Part shown: positions 58,418 through 64,000 of the stretch, one piece after another | How positions within the stretch are numbered: position 1 is the stretch's first letter | Layout: the number at the start of each line of letters is the position of its first letter | Origin: Candidatus Krumholzibacteriia bacterium | GTDB taxonomy: Bacteria; Krumholzibacteriota; Krumholzibacteriia; JAJRXK01 | DNA: 64,000 nt | Direction: 5' to 3' | NCBI GenBank assembly: GCA_041484665.1 | Contig: JBGPIA010000012.1 | Span: 65,914 to 129,913 of the forward strand | Made by a program: the position numbers and the translations under genes | Notes under the pieces: generated by a model | Database searches by the model: none | What the model was told of the DNA's origin: nothing | The model's input: the letters and a program-made list of their open reading frames with translations, nothing else

Positions 58418-61400
58418 TCATCTGACCAGTGCCATCCGATGCTTCACTTTGCCTTCGGCTGTCTCGAGTCGGTACACATAGACTCCACTCGCCACGCTGA
58501 TTCCTCCATCGTCTCGGCCATCGAAATCAGTCGCATGCACCCCCGCATCGAGCTCCGCGTCCACGAGCGTTCGCACGAGCCGCCCCCGCAGGTCGAAGAT
58601 CAGCAGCCGAACTCGTTGAAGTTCGGGAAGCTCGAAGACGATCCGTGTCCGTGCATTGAACGGGTTCGGAAAGTTCTGCCCGAGCGCAAACCGGCGTTGG
58701 ATCGGGGCTAGCCCGGTCGGATTTGCGCCTGCTGCCAGTCCAAACCCATGCAGCAGTTCTCCGAGCAGAACCGCGCGGCTGGAACGCCCGCTCCCATCGG
58801 CCATATCTCCATGCCGGATGGCCGCAAAGCTGTATGGGAACGTCACCGCGACCCGCCGCCACGTCGTTCCCTGCGCCACCACGGAGTATTCCCGCCACAC
58901 CGACGCCGCGACCCCCATGTACCCATTTCCCTCTGAGTCGGAAAAGAAGTGGCCTGTCACGGCCCCGGACCCACTACTCGGCACGACATAGTCGAAGACC
59001 TCCAGGCCAGGGCACCCGCCGAAGCTCACGTAATCAGTCGTGAAGATGCCCGTCACGATCCCGGAAGGCATGACGCGCGGTGCTACCTGCCCCGCAATAA
59101 CATCCGCCACATTGTACCCTCTATAATCCACGCCCATTGTGTCCCATAGGTAGCTTCTGCTGTTGGACGAAGTCCAGTACAGCTCGCGGGCCAGCTTGTC
59201 ACCGAAGTATGCGATAAACCGCTCACCGCTCAGGGCACTCCATTCGTTCAGTGTCCGCAGGTCATTTCCATTGCCGTGACTCCCATCGCTCAGCGTGTCG
59301 AACCAAGTTGCCCCGGACGTGTAGAGAATCACCCTGTAGCCCCCGAGTTGGTTCCCGGTAGCCCCATGTAGGCCCGGTGTCCCGATCCCATTTCCCGCCC
59401 CGCTGTCCGGGCTTTGCACCATGTATACGTCGAAGTCCATCCCCTCCACAAATCCGTTCTGGCTCAGTGCACGCACCGCAGCTTCCCGTTCGTGGCTAGA
59501 CCCCGAATCATCAATTACTAGAATTCCTGGTTGGACAATCTGACCCCCAGGGTCTTGCCTGAGACTTGGGAGGGCCCGAACGGTAAAGATCCTGTCGTAC
59601 CCCCCCATCACACTGAATCCCGAAGTGTCGGCCGGCAGAATACTCGTGTCGCCTGCGCTGTCGCGTGCCTCGATGAAGAAGTGTAGCTCGTCTCCTGGAA
59701 AGAAGAATCGGGGCTCGTCGGGTTCTGAGAAACCAAGTGGTCCCTTTCTGGCCGGACCGTCCCCGGGGATGTCGAACGGGAACCTGACGCGTCCGGCCGG
59801 TCCCGGGAGCGCAGGGAGAGAGCCTGCGTAGATCGTCCACCCTGCATTGGTCCTCCCAATCGCTGTTACGCCGTCAGGCACTTGTCTGGTTGTTTCGAAC
59901 AGCGGGTTACCAAAGAGAACGAACGACAGTGCTGGAGCACCTGCCACGCTAGTTCCTGGAACCACCGGCACAACATACACGCTAATGGAATCGCCGGCGA
60001 TTGGCGTTCTTCCAGGGTTGCTATTGATGGCCCAGGCGCAGTCGAAGCGCACTGCCGACGCCTCTGCATCGGGGTCGCTGCCGATGGCGCCGCTGTTTGA
60101 AAAGCTGTCTTGGAATAATTGGCTTCTGAGTGCGACCATCTCCGGCGCGCCGCCGTGTACTTTGAGCACCGCCACGTTATCGAATACTGGCGCCGGGGTG
60201 GCGTCGTTGCCTGGCACTTCCCACTCCCGAGCCATGTCAAAGACGCCCAAGGCAACCTGGATCTTTACTGGTCGGAGCGGCAGGAAGTGCCTGATTTCAA
60301 AATCCGATGAGACCCAGAGTGGCGCCGTGAAGGTGTCCGTCCAGTCATCGCCGCTCCAAGGTCCCCAGGACGTGCCGTCGAAGCTGCGGACTTGCCACCG
60401 CCAGAAGATCCCGTTCATGGAGGGGAAATGTTGCCAGACGGATAGGCGCAATATCGCGCTGCCGACGTCGAAGTCGTCGGACGTCGTGGTCGGGTCATCC
60501 CATAGAATTTCTGGCGACCACACTTCGTTCGCCAGTTCCTTCGTGCCGCCCGAGAGTCCTCCAGTGTAGTTGACGACCCAGCCTCCCGGGACGCCGTATG
60601 TCCACGTTGACGATTGGCTCCCGCCGGTGCTATCCCCTGCCCCGTTGGTTGGCGGTGTCGCGTCGTCAATGAATGACATCGCTGGCGTTGGGTTCTCAGA
60701 GCACGGATCGGGATCGCGAAAGCCAGTGATTACCTTTGAAAAGTCGCCGACGAACGGTGTCTGACTGATTGTCCAGCCCCCGTTGTTTCCGCCTTCAAAG
60801 TCGGCGACCCGGCTCGCCTCAGTTCCTGTATTGATCTGCACGCCGTTCAAGGCGACCGCGACGTTATCGATTTGCAAAATGGCTTGGGGTTTGCCGTCAA
60901 TCTCTGTTGCCGGTGCTTCTGCGGTGCCGTCATAAGCTGTGAGTCGGAGGTGGATGAAGTCATTCTGGTCGCCGATGTATGCGCACCGGGGGATGTCGAA
61001 AGCGGTAGTGACATGTGTGACTTCACACCGATCGTTGTCCTCGATGGGTGACGCTGGGGTAGTGCGCGCCGTCTTGATCGTCCCGGCCGAGTCCCACTGC
61101 ACTTCGAATCCGGGCCATTCTGGGACTGCCTTGAAGTAAAGGTCAAATGAGATCGAGACAGACGTGGGCCGATTCGGATCCGGGACCGGACGCCACCAGT
61201 CGACATCGTGCTCGGTGCTGGAGCTGAGTGACGCCGTAGATGGGTCCTTTGGGGGTCGCTGCGCAAAGACCAGCGTCAAGGCGTGATTCGTGGAGCCCTT
61301 TGCGGGCTCGTGAGGATTATAGGTCGTGATCCGCCAGGAGGGCGTGGCCTGGGTGAGGTCTACTCCGGTCCAACCCTGTCGGTCGGGAAGCCCGGCGCTC

Positions 61401-61618
61401 GTTTCGAATTTGCCTTGAAGGCTGTGTGGTCCGCCGTAGAGGAAGAACGTGTCCGGAAGCGCTTTGCTGCTGGGTTGCCCGCAAGCTTGGACGTAGTACC
61501 TGTCGGGGCCGGCGCGGGCGTCGTGCGAGGTGCCGGCTTGGGCAGCCATGGAGGAGACGTACACGGGCGCAATCGCGAAGACCGCACACGCCGCTACGGT
61601 CGATTTCGACCATCGCAT
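58418..61618 (-). CDS. Large (1066 aa) secreted protein with FlgD-Ig/T9SS-type CTD
   Basis: Signal peptide; QNFPNPFNART...IFDLRGRLVRTL...GRDDGG..VASGVYVYRL; visibly more AT-rich than the flanks. Confidence 0.88.
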   Translation of the reverse strand: MRWSKSTVAACAVFAIAPVYVSSMAAQAGTSHDARAGPDRYYVQACGQPSSKALPDTFFLYGGPHSLQGKFETSAGLPDRQGWTGVDLTQATPSWRITTYNPHEPAKGSTNHALTLVFAQRPPKDPSTASLSSSTEHDVDWWRPVPDPNRPTSVSISFDLYFKAVPEWPGFEVQWDSAGTIKTARTTPASPIEDNDRCEVTHVTTAFDIPRCAYIGDQNDFIHLRLTAYDGTAEAPATEIDGKPQAILQIDNVAVALNGVQINTGTEASRVADFEGGNNGGWTISQTPFVGDFSKVITGFRDPDPCSENPTPAMSFIDDATPPTNGAGDSTGGSQSSTWTYGVPGGWVVNYTGGLSGGTKELANEVWSPEILWDDPTTTSDDFDVGSAILRLSVWQHFPSMNGIFWRWQVRSFDGTSWGPWSGDDWTDTFTAPLWVSSDFEIRHFLPLRPVKIQVALGVFDMAREWEVPGNDATPAPVFDNVAVLKVHGGAPEMVALRSQLFQDSFSNSGAIGSDPDAEASAVRFDCAWAINSNPGRTPIAGDSISVYVVPVVPGTSVAGAPALSFVLFGNPLFETTRQVPDGVTAIGRTNAGWTIYAGSLPALPGPAGRVRFPFDIPGDGPARKGPLGFSEPDEPRFFFPGDELHFFIEARDSAGDTSILPADTSGFSVMGGYDRIFTVRALPSLRQDPGGQIVQPGILVIDDSGSSHEREAAVRALSQNGFVEGMDFDVYMVQSPDSGAGNGIGTPGLHGATGNQLGGYRVILYTSGATWFDTLSDGSHGNGNDLRTLNEWSALSGERFIAYFGDKLARELYWTSSNSRSYLWDTMGVDYRGYNVADVIAGQVAPRVMPSGIVTGIFTTDYVSFGGCPGLEVFDYVVPSSGSGAVTGHFFSDSEGNGYMGVAASVWREYSVVAQGTTWRRVAVTFPYSFAAIRHGDMADGSGRSSRAVLLGELLHGFGLAAGANPTGLAPIQRRFALGQNFPNPFNARTRIVFELPELQRVRLLIFDLRGRLVRTLVDAELDAGVHATDFDGRDDGGISVASGVYVYRLETAEGKVKHRMALVR

Positions 61619-62014
61619 GGAGGATCACCCCGGTTCGAGACGGGGCGCCTGGCCTACTCCTCAAGTGTGGGCGCTGCGGTCGCTGGGGGCAAGGCGGCGC
61701 TCGCAGGTAGGCACCCCCGGCGTACCTCCCCGAGGGGCCATGTCCCCGCTCACACGCGCGGTGGCCCGCCCTCTCCCGGGGCGTTATCGCCCCCAAAGCG
61801 CGCTTTGAGTTCGCCGACGCTGACGGAAGGCGTCGGAACCGTCCACCCGTCCGTCAGGCGTCTGTCAGGCGACGGCCGCTGGACGCCGCCCGCCCCAGGA
61901 GTCTGTTCCCTGCCCGCCCCTGGACCCGCTCCGCGCCGCTGCCTAGCTTTGCCCCGCCCGGGCGCCCACCGTCCGCACGCTCACCCCAACACCCCAACCC
62001 AGTATCGCGTGGCC

Positions 62015-63721
62015 ATGAACCCTACCTCGAAAGTGCGCGAGCCACGAACCCTCGGCGCGGCCTCCTCCCTTGCACCTGCCGGACCCGCTGCGCCCGCGCG
62101 GCCCTCCGCGCCAGCCAGGCCGGCCGCGCCAGCCAGACCGGGCACGCCCTCCGCAGCTTCCGCGCCCTCCGCACCCGCCGCACCCTCCGCACCCGCCGCA
62201 CCCTCGGCGTCCCCCGCTTCCGTCCCGAAGACCCTCGACGAGCTCGTCGAGTTCATTCGCGCCCGCGGAATCCGCCTCATCAGCCTGATGCACGTGGGGT
62301 GCGACGGCTGGCCCAAGACGTTGGACTTCGCTCCCCGCAGCGACGAGCACCTGCGCGATATCCTGCTGGGCGGCGAGCGGGCCGATGGCTCGAGTCTTTT
62401 CCCAGATGCCGGAATCGATCCGCGCGCTTCCGACGTGCTGCTGCGACCGCGCCTGGACCGCGCGTTCATCGATCCGTTCTCCCAGGTCCCCACCCTCGTC
62501 GTGCTGTGCAGCCACGCCATGCGCGACGGGCGGCCGCTGCCCCAGTCGCCCGACACCATCGTGCGTGCAGCCCACGGGCGCTTGCTGCAGGAGGCTGGCG
62601 TCGACCTGTGGGCGCTGGGCGAGGTGGAGTTCTTCCTGGGCCGCACGCCCAGCGACGCCGACGTCTACGGCCGTGACGACCGGGGCTACCACGCCAGCGC
62701 GCCGTTCGTGTTCGGACAGCAACTGCGCCGGCGCGCGCTGAGCCTGCTCGTGGAAATGGGCGTGGCCGTGAAGTACGCGCACAGCGAGGTGGGTTACGTG
62801 CAGCCGGAGGATTGGCGCGGCCGCGTGTGGGAGCAGCACGAGATCGAGCTCGCGCTGGCGCCCTTGCCCGACGCCGCCGACGCCGTGATGCTCACGCAGT
62901 GGGTGCTGCGAAACCTCGCCCGCCAGGAGTGCATGGTCTACAGCTTCGAGCCGGTCGTGGCCGCCGGCCACGCGGGCAGCGGGCTGCACGTCCACCTGTC
63001 GCCGGTCGTCGATGGTGAGCCCCGCGGTGGCCGCGACGTGCAGGGCCTGTTGTACCCCCAGTCGCAGTGGCTGATCGCCGGCCTGGTGCAGCTGGGCGGA
63101 GCGCTGATGGCGTTCGGCAACCGCGCCGAGAGCTCGTTCACGCGCCTCATCCAGGGCAAGGAGACCCCTGCGGCGCTCACCTGGGGCGAGTACGACCGCG
63201 GCGCGCTGGTACGGCTGCCCGCCCTCGCCCGCACGCCCGACGGACGCGCGGTCAGCCCGCCGACCGTCGAGCTGCGGCTGCCCGACGGCTCGGCTCACCC
63301 GCATCTGCTGTTGGCCGGTATCGCGCAGGCGGAGCTGCAGGGCCGTGCGCTCGGGGGCGGCGACGGGCTCGACGAGCTGCTGCGCCGCACGCGCGCCACG
63401 CGCGCTGCGGGCGCCACAAGCGTTGCGCGCGTCGCGCACCTTGACGACGTCCAGGGCGTGACCGCCGGCGTGCCCGCCAACGCGTCTGCCAACGCGCCCG
63501 CGAAACCGGGGGCACAGCCGAGGCCACACTCGGGAATCACGGCGGCGCCTCACGCACAGGAGCCCGCCCTCGAAGCCGTTCCGCGGTCCTTTCCCGAGGT
63601 TGCCGCGGCGCTGGCGCGCTCCCGCCGGATCTTCGAAGAGGGAGGCGTTTTCCCCGCCTCCCTCCTCGATCGGACTCTGCGCGCCCTCAGCGAAGCTGGG
63701 GGCAGCACTCGAACGCGCTGA
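62015..63721 (+). CDS. Glutamine synthetase-family protein with Pro/Ala/Ser-rich N-terminal extension
   Basis: DGSS, EVEFF, HSEVG, QHEIEL, HAGSGLHVHLS, RGALVRLP, ELRLPDG.A.PHL. Confidence 0.88.
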   Translation: MNPTSKVREPRTLGAASSLAPAGPAAPARPSAPARPAAPARPGTPSAASAPSAPAAPSAPAAPSASPASVPKTLDELVEFIRARGIRLISLMHVGCDGWPKTLDFAPRSDEHLRDILLGGERADGSSLFPDAGIDPRASDVLLRPRLDRAFIDPFSQVPTLVVLCSHAMRDGRPLPQSPDTIVRAAHGRLLQEAGVDLWALGEVEFFLGRTPSDADVYGRDDRGYHASAPFVFGQQLRRRALSLLVEMGVAVKYAHSEVGYVQPEDWRGRVWEQHEIELALAPLPDAADAVMLTQWVLRNLARQECMVYSFEPVVAAGHAGSGLHVHLSPVVDGEPRGGRDVQGLLYPQSQWLIAGLVQLGGALMAFGNRAESSFTRLIQGKETPAALTWGEYDRGALVRLPALARTPDGRAVSPPTVELRLPDGSAHPHLLLAGIAQAELQGRALGGGDGLDELLRRTRATRAAGATSVARVAHLDDVQGVTAGVPANASANAPAKPGAQPRPHSGITAAPHAQEPALEAVPRSFPEVAAALARSRRIFEEGGVFPASLLDRTLRALSEAGGSTRTR

Positions 63722-63786
63722 CTTCGCCTGGACGGAGTCGCCCGGCCTGGCCACGCACTTCGGACCCGGCCAGCTCGTCGCGTCAG

Positions 63787-64000
63787 CTACTTCGCCAGGA
63801 CGATCTTCTGGGTCGCCACGTCCTCGCCCGCGATCAGCCGCACCATGTACGCGCCCGAGGCGACGGTTCCACCGTCCACATCACGGCCGTCCCAGCGCAC
63901 CGCATGCGTCCCCGCCGGCTCCATCGCGTCGACCAGGACCGCCACCTCGCGCCCGCGCACGTCGAGGATGGACAGCCTCACCTGAGCGCTTGCTTCCAGC
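63787..64000 (-). CDS. C-terminal FlgD-Ig/T9SS-type domain of a gene extending beyond the window
   Basis: ILDVRGREVAVL...WDGRDVDGGTVASGAYMVRL. Confidence 0.8.
   Translation of the reverse strand, partial: LEASAQVRLSILDVRGREVAVLVDAMEPAGTHAVRWDGRDVDGGTVASGAYMVRLIAGEDVATQKIVLAK

Overview
High-GC bacterial chromosomal window. Many secreted proteins end in FlgD-Ig/T9SS-type C-terminal domains or a short (S/T)WGxVK tail, which suggests an FCB-related candidate phylum such as Eisenbacteria, Krumholzibacteriota or Latescibacterota (inference). The standout feature is a minus-strand electron-transfer cluster of about 10 kb (15450-25304). In gene order it encodes a Cys-rich PAS-LuxR regulator (followed by a 20-bp palindrome), a Cyc2-like fused cytochrome-porin, a type-1-copper cupredoxin, a cytoplasmic GltD/NfnB-like FAD/Fe-S oxidoreductase, Rieske, split cytochrome b, an octaheme cytochrome c and a monoheme cytochrome c. 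Together these could form an outer-membrane-to-NAD(P) electron conduit. Other hidden features: a UGA-recoded GrdB/PrdB-family selenoprotein with a SECIS-like hairpin, inside a 3.8-kb segment bounded by 33-bp direct repeats; a full-length group II intron with matching EBS1/IBS1; a HigBA toxin-antitoxin pair with integron-cassette (attC) ends; two secreted-protein genes frameshifted at G/C homopolymers; IS21 and phage remnants; and frequent low-complexity repeat insertions in conserved enzymes. More ordinary genes include two Ser/Thr kinases, an ECF sigma factor, xanthine dehydrogenase-family subunits, a radical SAM plus GNAT pair and a glutamine synthetase-family protein. No rRNA, tRNA or CRISPR array was seen. 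All calls come from visual motif recognition; no database searches were run.
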